Shown here piece after piece: positions 1 to 9,849 of a stretch of DNA of 32,000 bases. This stretch comes from Cyanobacterium sp. uoEpiScrs1 (GTDB taxonomy: Bacteria; Cyanobacteriota; Cyanobacteriia; Cyanobacteriales; Microcystaceae): NCBI RefSeq assembly GCF_947331815.1, contig NZ_OX373462.1:2337362-2369361 (forward strand), written 5' to 3'. Below the pieces are notes generated by a model. The model made no database searches. It was not told where the DNA came from and saw only the letters and a program-made list of their open reading frames with translations. Both the position numbers and the translations under genes were made by a program. The first letter of the stretch is position 1, and every line of letters begins with the position of its first letter.

Positions 1-189
1 AAATTGAAGTTGTTGCAAAAATTTTAATCATTGTGTTAAAAGCATTCTTTAGAGCTAAAGATTTAACTCTGTAAATTAATTCACACTTTTCAAAAAATAT
101 CAAAATATTTAAATATAAAAGAAAGTAAGTGTAAATGTTAGTGTAAGTTTCATCCCTATCACAGAACAAATCACTTTAGAGATTAAATC

Positions 190-1899
190 TCAAAATCCTA
201 AATCTGCCTTAGCAACTTCAGCTGCCATAAGGACTTCTTCATCTGACTTTTCTGACCAATTAGCCTCCCTAATTTCACTATAAAATTGTTGATCATAACT
301 ACGGGTCCTAACAACTACTGGCATGGGAATAGCATGACCTAAAATTAATGCCTGTTGTTTAGAATCTAATTTAGACAAAACTGAACGTAAATGTTGACCC
401 CCAGATACTCCTGTAAAAATTGCTTCAATATCTTTTTCATCATTTAACAAACAGGTGATACGAGTCCCCACTTGAGACATAACTTCATTATCAATTTCTG
501 ACGGTCTTTGATCAACAACTAATAGAGTTACAAAATATTTTCGCATTTCTCTGGCAATAGTTCCAAAAATTGTTTGATGAACAATCTTAGAATCTAGAAA
601 ACGATGCGCTTCTTCAATTGTAATGACTAATTGTCTAGGGCGATCAGTCGGATTTTTACTCTGAATAAATTTTTCTGATTGTTTGACATAATTGGCATGT
701 ATTCGCCGAGTAATCATATTAGTTGCCAGCATATAAGATAAAATATTTGACTGAGAACCGAATTCAACAACTACGTGTTTTCCTGCGTTTAAAGACTGTA
801 AAATTTGCAATATATAATTATGGGGACAAACATTACGTAAGTACTTTAGTTTTTCTAAACGCATTAATTTACGTTGTAAGGACATAATTGACCCTGGATG
901 GCCTTGTTTTTCTTGACAAAAAATCTTAATGTCTTCATTAGTCATATTCAATAAATTGATAATCCAAGATTTCCCATATTCTTTCTGAAGAATCTCAGCG
1001 TTATCTAAACTGGCCTCTGAAATGCCTAATTCATACCCTACTAAACGAATATCTTCAATCTCAATTTGTTCAAAACTCAAGTAAAGCTCTTGAGCACCTC
1101 TAACTCCCCTTCGTTTAGTAGATTCTACATCTAGAGTATAGATTTCTACCTCACCAGAGAACAGTTGACGCAATCCTTTTACTGTAGAAACCTGTTTGCC
1201 TTCTTGCATTGCTTCCCAACCGTATTCCGAATGCATATCAAACATCAAATTAACGGCTGCTCGTTTTTTAATAATGCCTGAGATTAATAAACGAGTTAGA
1301 AAAGATTTTCCTGTTCCAGACTTACCAAAGACTCCATTGCTCCGTTCTACAAATCGATCTAAATCAACACAAATAGGAACCTCCATATCTAACGGTTTTC
1401 CAATAGAAAAATTACGACGGATAGGATCCTCTTCCCAGCCAAAAACACAACGAAAGTCTTCCTCTAAGGCTTCATAGACTTGGCTAAAATGAGCTGGAAT
1501 AGTTTTAACTGGTAGTAATTCGATATCATTATTCGTATTTGCTTCAAATGATCCTAATGAACTATTCTTATTTTTCTTTTTAGGGTTGACTTGTGCTTCT
1601 TCCTCAATAGGAGTAAACATTAACATTGGAACTAATTCTATTTTTCCGTAAGTTCCACTTCCTGCTAGAACATCACGCATAAAACTATCTTCAAAACTAG
1701 GAGGATTAGAGAGGATACGAGAGTTAGTAGTTCCTAAAGAGACATCAATGAGAAGACAGAAAAACCGAGACTTTATTCCCTGAACAACTAAAAACTTACC
1801 CACCCGCATTTGTTCTACAGACACATCAGGATATAAGCGAACCTCTAATCCTTGACTGAGGGAACCTTCAATGACTGATCCAAAGGGTTGTTCTATCAT
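190..1899 (-). CDS. HerA-like (DUF87 / FtsK-HerA superfamily) P-loop ATPase
   Basis: Long ORF. Walker A GVFGKSGTGKSFLTRLL, Walker B-like LVITIEEAHRFL, and an N-terminal barrel-like region typical of HerA. The ORF-track start at 1908 is TTG, so I prefer the ATG at 1899 (MIEQPF...). Confidence 0.75.
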   Translation of the reverse strand: MIEQPFGSVIEGSLSQGLEVRLYPDVSVEQMRVGKFLVVQGIKSRFFCLLIDVSLGTTNSRILSNPPSFEDSFMRDVLAGSGTYGKIELVPMLMFTPIEEEAQVNPKKKNKNSSLGSFEANTNNDIELLPVKTIPAHFSQVYEALEEDFRCVFGWEEDPIRRNFSIGKPLDMEVPICVDLDRFVERSNGVFGKSGTGKSFLTRLLISGIIKKRAAVNLMFDMHSEYGWEAMQEGKQVSTVKGLRQLFSGEVEIYTLDVESTKRRGVRGAQELYLSFEQIEIEDIRLVGYELGISEASLDNAEILQKEYGKSWIINLLNMTNEDIKIFCQEKQGHPGSIMSLQRKLMRLEKLKYLRNVCPHNYILQILQSLNAGKHVVVEFGSQSNILSYMLATNMITRRIHANYVKQSEKFIQSKNPTDRPRQLVITIEEAHRFLDSKIVHQTIFGTIAREMRKYFVTLLVVDQRPSEIDNEVMSQVGTRITCLLNDEKDIEAIFTGVSGGQHLRSVLSKLDSKQQALILGHAIPMPVVVRTRSYDQQFYSEIREANWSEKSDEEVLMAAEVAKADLGF

Positions 1900-2010
1900 A
1901 AAACACAAAAAATAATACAGACGTTCTAGATAAAGGTTGATTTATGCAATCAGCCTTAGGGCTATTGTATCGATGTCTTATAAAAGATTAACTGTAATCG
2001 ATACTTAATA

Positions 2011-2028
2011 ATCATCCAAATCATCCAA
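2011..2028. repeat. Perfect tandem duplication, 9 bp x2 (atcatccaa)
   Basis: Read directly from the sequence: atcatccaa at 2011-2019 and again at 2020-2028. Confidence 0.9.
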
Positions 2029-2219
2029 GAATAATTATTAAGGTTATTATGAGTCTATTTGGAGAACTTACGAACTGTTTAAAAAGTAACTATAATAAAT
2101 TATGAAAATATATAGTTGATACCACTGGTCAGTTGATCTTTCTTTATATATAAAGTTTATTTATTTTCAAACTATCAACATTTTGTCGATATAAAAAAGC
2201 AGAGATATTTTTGTTAAAA

Positions 2220-2255
2220 GTTTAAATATTATTTATCAATAAATAATATTTAAAC
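2220..2255. repeat. Perfect inverted repeat, 16-bp arms with a 4-nt loop, almost pure A/T
   Basis: gtttaaatattattta (2220-2235), loop tcaa, then taaataatatttaaac (2240-2255). The arms are exact reverse complements. Confidence 0.85.
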
Positions 2256-2706
2256 ATAACGGTGTATGAGTTAACAATAATACTCTGTTAATTACTGTTA
2301 AATTAGTCTTTCAAAATACAAAATAAATAACTATGTTTGTTATAGAGGGAACTTATCAGTGTATTGGTTATGCATTAACTAAATTCAAAATGAGAATGAC
2401 TTTTCCAGAATTTTGTCTAATCATCGTATCAGAATTGCCTAAAAAAGTCAATTATAGCTCAATATTATAGGTTGACTCTTTCTTATGAAGTAGAGTTTAT
2501 CGTTATAAAGAAATGAATCATAAAAACTAAAACGTTGCTGAGTTAGTTTGCATGTATTTTAGTTGTTTTTAATTAAAAATATTGGTTTTTGATATAAATT
2601 TTCTTGGAAAGACTAAATAATACGATGAGAAACTTTTTAGAGAGTAGTTAAGAGCAAGTTTTAAAAAGCTAAGTCTAAGACAATTCGAACAGTAGTCTCA
2701 GCAACC

Positions 2707-2730
2707 CTCCTAATAATACTCCTAATAATA
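2707..2730. repeat. Perfect tandem duplication, 12 bp x2 (ctcctaataata)
   Basis: ctcctaataata at 2707-2718 and again at 2719-2730. Confidence 0.9.
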
Positions 2731-3033
2731 TTCTATTCAGAGTGTATATTCCCTTTATTTCCTATAGCAACGTATATTAATCCTTGTCTAGTTTGTGAAA
2801 AAATTGTCAGTTATGGTTAAATTTAAAATAATCAAAAAATAAATTGTTTGATTTTAGAGTATGAACTTATATTAATAAAGAAAGTAAGACGAGAGCTTGA
2901 CTATTTAGGTAATCAATAAACAAAAGACTGTTTTAAAGTAGACTTATTTTTAGCGATAGACTGTTACAGTAAAACAAACCACTTCTAATATTTCATAGAA
3001 TAACAGTTACTAAAATAAATTCGATAAATCTTT

Positions 3034-3237
3034 ATGAGTAATTTACCTCAATCCCCTCAACCTAGTGACATCCCATCTTTATCATCTAATGCCACTCCTA
3101 GTGGACCGGCACTAAGTTATGTAAAACTAGCAATGCGTAATATGGTTCGTAAAAGAGGTACCTCTATTAAACACTTTATATTAACAACAGTAGGGTTATT
3201 AGGATTTCTTATTGGCATTTCCTATTTGACTCGTTAA
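3034..3237 (+). CDS. Small (67 aa) C-terminally anchored membrane protein, conserved hypothetical
   Basis: ORF directly upstream of ybeY (13-bp gap). It has a basic stretch (MRNMVRKRGTSIKH) followed by one hydrophobic helix (FILTTVGLLGFLIGISYL). It resembles a small cyanobacteria-restricted family, possibly DUF3285 (recollection only). Confidence 0.5.
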   Translation: MSNLPQSPQPSDIPSLSSNATPSGPALSYVKLAMRNMVRKRGTSIKHFILTTVGLLGFLIGISYLTR

Positions 3238-3250
3238 ACTTGAGGGCATT

Positions 3251-3787
3251 ATGACATCTTTTCCAGCAAAACCCTTAACTGTTAACCTTAATCTTCAAAA
3301 TGTTTTGGATTTACAAACATTAAATAATTCAGATGTTTCTGACATTATTACTGAAACTTGGCAACAGTGGATTCAAATTTGGTTAGAAGAACTACACCCA
3401 ATAATTACTAGATTAGAGGTTTGCGAACTTAGCATAAGGTTGACCAGCGATCATGAAATACAAACGCTAAACAACCAATATCGGCATAAAAATCAACCCA
3501 CAGATGTTTTAGTATTCGCTGCTCTTGAGGTGCAGGTTCCTCAATCATCAGAAAAGATAAGTACTGACGAACCCCTATACTTAGGAGATATTATTATTTC
3601 AGTGGATACAGCTAGAAAACAGGCACGACAAAATTATCATTCTCTAACTGTAGAATTAGCATGGTTAGTAGCTCATGGACTCCTACATCTTTTGGGGTGG
3701 GACCATCCAGATGAGGAAAGTCTTCAACATATGCTTGCACAACAAGAAGCTTTGTTAAAACTCGTGGGCCTTCAGCCAAATAATTGA
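3251..3787 (+). CDS. ybeY: rRNA maturation endoribonuclease YbeY
   Basis: Zinc-binding signature HGLLHLLGWDH. Length and position upstream of dgkA are typical. Confidence 0.9.
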   Translation: MTSFPAKPLTVNLNLQNVLDLQTLNNSDVSDIITETWQQWIQIWLEELHPIITRLEVCELSIRLTSDHEIQTLNNQYRHKNQPTDVLVFAALEVQVPQSSEKISTDEPLYLGDIIISVDTARKQARQNYHSLTVELAWLVAHGLLHLLGWDHPDEESLQHMLAQQEALLKLVGLQPNN

Positions 3788-3867
3788 TATATTAAATTAA
3801 TTTAATTATTCCAAATCTATAGTATTTACAAGAATATTTAAAAGTCCTGTCGTCAAGTTTTAAGACA

Positions 3868-4395
3868 ATGAAAACAAATTTTCACTTAAACCAATCCTCT
3901 CCCCATCAATTGGGACCTTCCTCTCTATTACCTTCTGGTCTGGCTTTTAAGAGCTATCCTGGTCTCCAGACAAGCTCAACTACAGAATTAAAATTGCATT
4001 CCCCACGACAATCGGCTTGGCAAGTTGCCCCTAACCTATTTTTAAGTTTCAAATATGCTTGGGCTGGTATTTGTTACGCTTTTGGTACTCAACGCAATTT
4101 CCGTATTCATGCCGCTATGACTTTAATTGCTATTAGCCTAGGACTATTTCTGCAAGTCACTGGAGTGGCCTTGGCTATTGTTTCTTTAACTTGTGCTCTC
4201 GTAATGGTTTTAGAGTTATTAAATACTGCTTTAGAATCGATAGTAGATTTAACTGTAGGGCAGTCGTACCATATTTTAGCTAAAATTGCTAAAGATTGTG
4301 CGGCTGGAGCGGTAATGGTTGGAGCGATGGCAGCAGTTTTAGTCGCTAGTTTTATTTTATTACCCTCTTTAGTTCCTTTTCTTCTTACCCTGTAA
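3868..4395 (+). CDS. dgkA: Diacylglycerol kinase (DgkA family) integral membrane protein
   Basis: DgkA-type motif ELLNTALESIVDL, three hydrophobic helices, and the classic ybeY-dgkA adjacency. The N-terminal 60 aa are polar and the exact start is uncertain. Confidence 0.8.
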   Translation: MKTNFHLNQSSPHQLGPSSLLPSGLAFKSYPGLQTSSTTELKLHSPRQSAWQVAPNLFLSFKYAWAGICYAFGTQRNFRIHAAMTLIAISLGLFLQVTGVALAIVSLTCALVMVLELLNTALESIVDLTVGQSYHILAKIAKDCAAGAVMVGAMAAVLVASFILLPSLVPFLLTL

Positions 4396-4471
4396 TATTT
4401 TGCGTCAAGGTCAAAGGTAGATTTTGTGAAAAGATCAACTATTCCCCCAGTAAGCTTCAAGGAGACAAGCA

Positions 4472-5101
4472 TTGATCCTCATTATCGATAATTACGACAG
4501 TTTCACCTATAATTTAGTGCAGTATTTAGGAGAACTGGGTGCCGAACTTCCCGTAGCTTTAGATATCCAAGTTTACCGGAATGATCAAATCAGTATTGAT
4601 GAAATCCGTTATCTAGAGCCAGATGGAGTTGTGATTTCCCCAGGACCAGGCCGTCCTGACAATGCAGGAATATCCCTAGCATTAATTGAACAATTGGGAC
4701 AGACCTTACCCATTTTAGGAGTTTGTTTAGGGCATCAAAGTCTTGGTCAAGTTTATGGAGGACATATAGTAGCCGCACCGCTGTTAATGCATGGCAAAAC
4801 TTCTCAAATATATCATAAGGGAGTAGGAGTATTTACGGGTTTAGAGAATCCTTTTAGTGCTACTCGTTATCATAGTTTAGTAGTAGATAGAGACAGCTTA
4901 CCAAAAGTATTTGAAATAACTGCTTGGGTTGAAGATGGAACCATTATGGGACTTCGACATAAAGGCTATCCTAACCTGCAAGGGGTACAATTTCACCCAG
5001 AAAGTATTTTAACTCCGTCAGGAAAACAACTTCTTCGCAACTTTTTGATCAATATAAAAAATTTTAATAATCAAGGAATAGAGAACATAAAAACGCCATG
5101 A
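4472..5101 (+). CDS. trpG: Anthranilate / aminodeoxychorismate synthase component II (class-I glutamine amidotransferase)
   Basis: [16 protein letters not shown]-terminus, catalytic Cys in GVCLGHQS and His/Glu in [11 protein letters not shown] start with AAGGAG 7 nt upstream. Confidence 0.9.
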   Translation: MILIIDNYDSFTYNLVQYLGELGAELPVALDIQVYRNDQISIDEIRYLEPDGVVISPGPGRPDNAGISLALIEQLGQTLPILGVCLGHQSLGQVYGGHIVAAPLLMHGKTSQIYHKGVGVFTGLENPFSATRYHSLVVDRDSLPKVFEITAWVEDGTIMGLRHKGYPNLQGVQFHPESILTPSGKQLLRNFLINIKNFNNQGIENIKTP

Positions 5102-5170
5102 TTATTTTGGTAAATACTATAAATTACAAGACAAATAATTTAATAGAATAAATAATGGATGAAGTTTTTG

Positions 5171-5200
5171 ATTGCACTATAATAGCCATTATAGTGCAAT
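5171..5200 (+). terminator. Candidate hairpin terminator downstream of trpG
   Basis: 13-bp perfect stem: attgcactataat, loop agcc, attatagtgcaat. It starts 70 nt after the trpG stop. No clean T-tract follows, so the call is weak. Confidence 0.3.
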
Positions 5201-5826
5201 ATGTTTAATTACTATTTTTATATAAAAAAATACATAGAAAATCACCAGAATTTTTATATTCTGAACTTAATCCTCGATTTATAAGATTAGTTATTTTTTA
5301 ATACTAACATTACTCCTTTATCTTACTTTTAGTTTAATTATTAATATGAATATAGAGACATCATTATCTCTATCTATTTACTAAGAGTTAAAATAACTAT
5401 ATTTGAATATAAATAACAAGAATAATTTTGTAAGACAAAGGTATTTAAAGTTAATTTAAAAATATTTAAAGATCAATTTTTACTCCGAAATTTAAAAATT
5501 AAAATAATAAAGATTAATTATAGTGATTGGAACTTAAAAAGTAAAAAAGAATAGTCTTAAAAAGATATCCCTTAAATATTTTAGAGACTCGTTATCGAAA
5601 CGAATAAAGCTATTGCATGATTTGATTATGGAAAAGAGTTTTAAGATTGTCCATATTAAGACTCCCACATTTTCACTCAAGTTATCATTTGCTCTAAGTA
5701 TTAGAAACATTTTTCCTTTTTGTTACTATTTCCTGACAATCACAGTTCAGTTAAACCATATATAACTTGGCAAAATAAAGCTTTAACTGTTAGAAATTAA
5801 GAAGTAGTTTTTTTGAGGCAATTAGC

Positions 5827-6378
5827 GTGTATTCCCACTTTCCGTTAACCTTTCGTATTTCTCCACTCATTCACATCACTTTAATGAGCCTTTATCTTTC
5901 TCTTACTCTTCCCCTGCCCTTTCTTGCAAAAGTTACATCCGTTTCTATTTCTCCTTTGATTCTATGGACGGGAATCATTATAGGCTTTCTAGTTTTAATA
6001 GGAGCTTTAAGTGAACAAGTTCTTTTAGAAAAGGACACTATAAAAGTGACTTATCCAAGTTGGGTACCTTCTTTATTCTATAAAGGATGGTCTTTGCCTT
6101 GGTCAAAAATTACGGATTTAAAATCACGAACTACTGGACAAGGGGGACTTGTTTACTACTTTGTATCTCATGAGACTCAAACAGCGTATTTATTACCTAT
6201 GCGAATTGCTAAATTTTCTTGTTTAATGAATATTGTTAATGAGAAGACAGGAATTGATACTACTAATATTCATCCTTTATCTAAACCTTGGATGTATTTA
6301 ATATTATTAGGATTGACTTTGCTCTTAATAATAGTAGATATATGGACTATTGCTACAGCAATAAGTATTGTAAGCTAA
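5827..6378 (+). CDS. Hypothetical membrane protein (183 aa), family not recognised
   Basis: GTG start with GAGG 8 nt upstream. Two N-terminal helices and one C-terminal hydrophobic helix flank a soluble middle region. The gene is isolated between two long AT-rich spacers. Confidence 0.5.
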   Translation: MYSHFPLTFRISPLIHITLMSLYLSLTLPLPFLAKVTSVSISPLILWTGIIIGFLVLIGALSEQVLLEKDTIKVTYPSWVPSLFYKGWSLPWSKITDLKSRTTGQGGLVYYFVSHETQTAYLLPMRIAKFSCLMNIVNEKTGIDTTNIHPLSKPWMYLILLGLTLLLIIVDIWTIATAISIVS

Positions 6379-7303
6379 AATAAATGCACTGCACTTTTTT
6401 TAATATACAAACTTTTTTCTATTACTTTATTAGTTGTTGATTTATAATATTTTGAGTACAGTTAGATACTTCATCTTATTGTTACTATTAATTTATAATC
6501 TTTTTTAAATTAAGTTGATTTTGAAAAATGTAAATATATCAAAATAATAACAATACCTAAATATTAACTTATATTAGATTTTATCTAGAAACAACAATAA
6601 CTGTTAACTTGTGCATAAAAACTTTTCATAAAATGAAAGCTTAATAATAAAAATTATGGTATGTATTAAGAATATAGTAAATGTAAAAATGAAAATATAA
6701 TATATACAATTATGAAAATAACTATGTATCTTGTATTTTTCATGTAAGTATAAAAATACAGTTTATATAATTAGTATATGTATCAATTATATAAAAGTTT
6801 AATAACTTATTTTAAGTTACGATAATTGCTCACTTATTTTAAGGAGTAGAAGTTAAGGTTGTTAATAATAAATATTTAAATATTATAGAATAGTGGTTAC
6901 ACAATAGTTTTTTCTGATACGATTAATACGTAGCTAAATAGCCTGAACGATCTTAAAAATTTATTGCGAAGAAATGAAGCGAATATATTCTTTGATGATC
7001 TGTTAATTGTTAATTATTTATTTTGTTTTTTATATTGTTAAACTCAACTAAATATATTGTAAAAACTATTACATTTATAGTAAGTATTACATGGTAGTTA
7101 AACTGTAAAGAATGTAGCCACTTAATCAATAAATAATCTTGAATATAAATATTTACTTGTGAAAATATTTATATCTTAGTATAAATTTGAATGTTGTTTT
7201 TTGAATACTTTATGACTTGTAATTACTAGTTAAACTGTATTGAAATAGATTGATTTTTTAGAAGCCATATTGTGTTTACTTCAAGATACTTTACCTCATT
7301 ATA

Positions 7304-7345
7304 AATACTACTAATGAAGAAGATATCTTCTTCATTAGTAGTATT
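7304..7345. repeat. Perfect 42-bp palindrome (21+21, no spacer)
   Basis: aatactactaatgaagaagat|atcttcttcattagtagtatt. All 21 positions were checked pairwise. The first mismatch is 7303/7346. Confidence 0.95.
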
Positions 7346-7614
7346 CAATTTGTTGAATTTATATATGATAACAATCATTGTTTAAGACTGTTCTACATTG
7401 CTTTTTTGTTTGAATAGATACAATTTCTTTTTAGAAAAAATCACAATCTCTTACTAGTAGATGGACCTTGGCTTTTACTAGGCTAGAGAAAAATAACCTT
7501 ATTTGTTTTCTATCAGTCTTAACTCTGTATACTTTAAAAGATCTATACAGAAAATTTACTGTAAGTTTTTATTCCTAAAGTTGTATTTTTATTGATCAAA
7601 AATGCTAATTCTCT

Positions 7615-7653
7615 TAAGAGCGTTAGTGGAATTTATTTCCACTAACGCTCTTA
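7615..7653. repeat. Perfect hairpin, 17-bp stem with 5-nt loop
   Basis: taagagcgttagtggaa (7615-7631), loop tttat, ttccactaacgctctta (7637-7653). The arms are about 41% GC in a background of about 22% GC. The hairpin ends 136 bp upstream of the LysR gene start. Confidence 0.9.
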
Positions 7654-7720
7654 CTGGCTAATCTCAATGATAGGTACCATAGTAATTTACTAAATCAACC
7701 TTGAAAAATCATTAATTTTA

Positions 7721-7735
7721 ATCTATGATTTAGAT
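7721..7735. promoter_or_regulatory. Candidate LysR-type (T-N11-A / ATC-N9-GAT) operator
   Basis: ATCTAtgattTAGAT is a dyad matching the generic LTTR box. It lies 55-69 bp upstream of the LysR start at 7790. Confidence 0.3.
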
Positions 7736-7789
7736 ACGTGGTTTAAGACCCCAATAGGTCTAAAATCTCACATTTAGAGGAAATACCCA

Positions 7790-8719
7790 TTGATTCAAGC
7801 CACTCTACATCAATTAAAAGTTTTTGAGACTATGGCTCGTCATGGGAGCTTTACCCGTGCAGCGGAAGAATTATTAATCACTCAGCCTACAGTATCAAGT
7901 CAAATCAAGCAGCTGACTAAGTCTATTGGTCTACCATTGTTTGAACAAATTGGTAAACGTCTTTATCTAACTGAAGCCGGCAAGGAATTACTTAAAACCT
8001 GTCAGGAAGTATTTGGAAGGTTAGAAAACTTTGAGATGAAAGTTGCAGATTTAAAAGGAACTAGACAGGGGCAATTAAAATTAGCAGTTATCACTACTGC
8101 AAAATACTTTATTCCTCGGATTTTGGGTACATTTTGTCAAAAATATCCAGGCATTGATATTTCTTTAAATGTCACCAACCATCGGCATATCCAGGAACGC
8201 ATGATGGAAAACCAAGATGATTTGTATATTGTTAGTGAACCCCTTAATAGTATGGGTTTATCAACTCAACCTTTTCTTGATAATCCTTTAGTGGTAATTG
8301 CTCCTAAAAACCACCCATTATCAAGAAAACAAAAAATTCCCATCAATGATCTTGATGGCGAAGTTTTTATTATGCGTGAATCAGGTTCAGGGACTAGACA
8401 GGCAATACAGGAACTATTCTATCAACACGGTGTATCTGTTGAAGTACGTTTAGAATTAGGGAGTAATGAGGCGATTAAACACGCGATTGCAGGTAACTTA
8501 GGAATTTCTATTCTTTCTCAACATACTCTGATTTCCGAAGGAAAGGATAGCGAACTAACTATACTTAATGTTGACCATTTTCCAATTAAACGTCGTTGGT
8601 ACGTAGCGTATCTGGAGGATAAACAACTATCAGTGGTAGCTCAAGCATTTTTAGACTATCTACTTCAAGAGAGCTCAAAATTTTCTGTCCCTCCTGTTAA
8701 TCTTTTGGCAAAAGTTTGA
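7790..8719 (+). CDS. LysR-family transcriptional regulator
   Basis: N-terminal wHTH (LHQLKVFETMARHGSFTRAAEELLITQPTVSSQIKQL) followed by a LysR substrate-binding domain. 309 aa, TTG start. Confidence 0.9.
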   Translation: MIQATLHQLKVFETMARHGSFTRAAEELLITQPTVSSQIKQLTKSIGLPLFEQIGKRLYLTEAGKELLKTCQEVFGRLENFEMKVADLKGTRQGQLKLAVITTAKYFIPRILGTFCQKYPGIDISLNVTNHRHIQERMMENQDDLYIVSEPLNSMGLSTQPFLDNPLVVIAPKNHPLSRKQKIPINDLDGEVFIMRESGSGTRQAIQELFYQHGVSVEVRLELGSNEAIKHAIAGNLGISILSQHTLISEGKDSELTILNVDHFPIKRRWYVAYLEDKQLSVVAQAFLDYLLQESSKFSVPPVNLLAKV

Positions 8720-8736
8720 TATTTAAGGTAAGCGTT

Positions 8737-8758
8737 AAAGTTTCACTAAAGTTTCACT
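8737..8758. repeat. Perfect tandem duplication, 11 bp x2 (aaagtttcact), plus a partial third copy
   Basis: aaagtttcact at 8737-8747 and 8748-8758, followed by aaa. It starts 18 bp after the LysR stop codon. Confidence 0.9.
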
Positions 8759-9849
8759 AAACCTAGTACATAAAAGTTATGAATATTAAGACATAGTTTG
8801 ATTATTAATAATAAGTGTGTTAAAAATTATATCTGTTTACATGCATCATATTGATTGTGGGTAGTAGTTTTTATTTTATAACTGGGTGATACATAGTTAT
8901 AAATAAAAAATTTTTAGGAGCTGAAATAATTTCTTCTTGATTAAGACATATTTATTAATACTCTTAGTTTTTCAAAATAAAAGAGCGATTATAAAAACTA
9001 TAAAGATAAGAAAATATATGTTAGGATAGTTAAATTTTTCTGAAAATTAGTTTTTATTTAAAGAAGTAAAGTCAACATAAAAGAGTATATTTTATACTGT
9101 AATTTTATTCTGTATATACAAAGAATAACTAATGAGATCATAGATTATATATCTCTGTTATACTGAAGTTAATTTTTTTACTCAGCATTTCACTAATTTG
9201 TTCTAGATTATCAGTAAAGTCTAGTCAAAATTTATTGTCGCTAATAGTCAATAATATATAAAATTTTGACTATTCTATAACTTTCTTGAAGTAGCAAACA
9301 AAACTATTTTCTTTAAAAAACTACTTAATATCAGTTTAAGTATTATTGATTTAGATTATAAAAAAGAGTTTTAAAATAACTATTTATTGGATTAATATCA
9401 GATTTTAATCAAAGTAAATATATTTGTTTTGCTTGAAATATAATATCATTTCTTAATAGTAACTAGTTTGGTTTATATTATTTTAGGAATTTATTTATTT
9501 AATAAAATTTGTACTACGTATATACATATTATATACATAGTTTGATATAATTTAGCAGCAGTAGTATTTTTACTAAAAAAGTACTATATATATTGATAAG
9601 AATCAAGTTATTAAGATATATTCTAGCACTATTGTTAAATTTGCTGTAAATAATATTTGACCTAATATAAATGATTATAAAATATAATCGCTAAAGCTTT
9701 CCGTATAATATCATTTTAAATATAAATAGTAATGGTTGATAAGAGGCGTTATAAATTGTAGTCTCGTTGCGGATTTATGTAGCTAAATATTAATCTATTT
9801 AATGACTATGTAACAATTATATATTGTTATCAAACGAATATTAAGTATT

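Noticed and set aside
1196-1477. 93-aa ORF on the plus strand
   Set aside because: It lies entirely antisense within the well-supported HerA-like gene, and its low-complexity basic sequence has no recognisable motifs.
4107-4472. 121-aa ORF on the minus strand
   Set aside because: It is antisense to dgkA, which has clear family motifs, so it is most likely a shadow ORF.
4590-4778. 62-aa ORF on the minus strand
   Set aside because: It is antisense inside trpG and has no supporting features.
7095-7239. 13-bp direct repeat tagttaaactgta (7095-7107 and 7227-7239)
   Set aside because: About one match of this length is expected by chance within a 1.4-kb spacer at about 22% GC.
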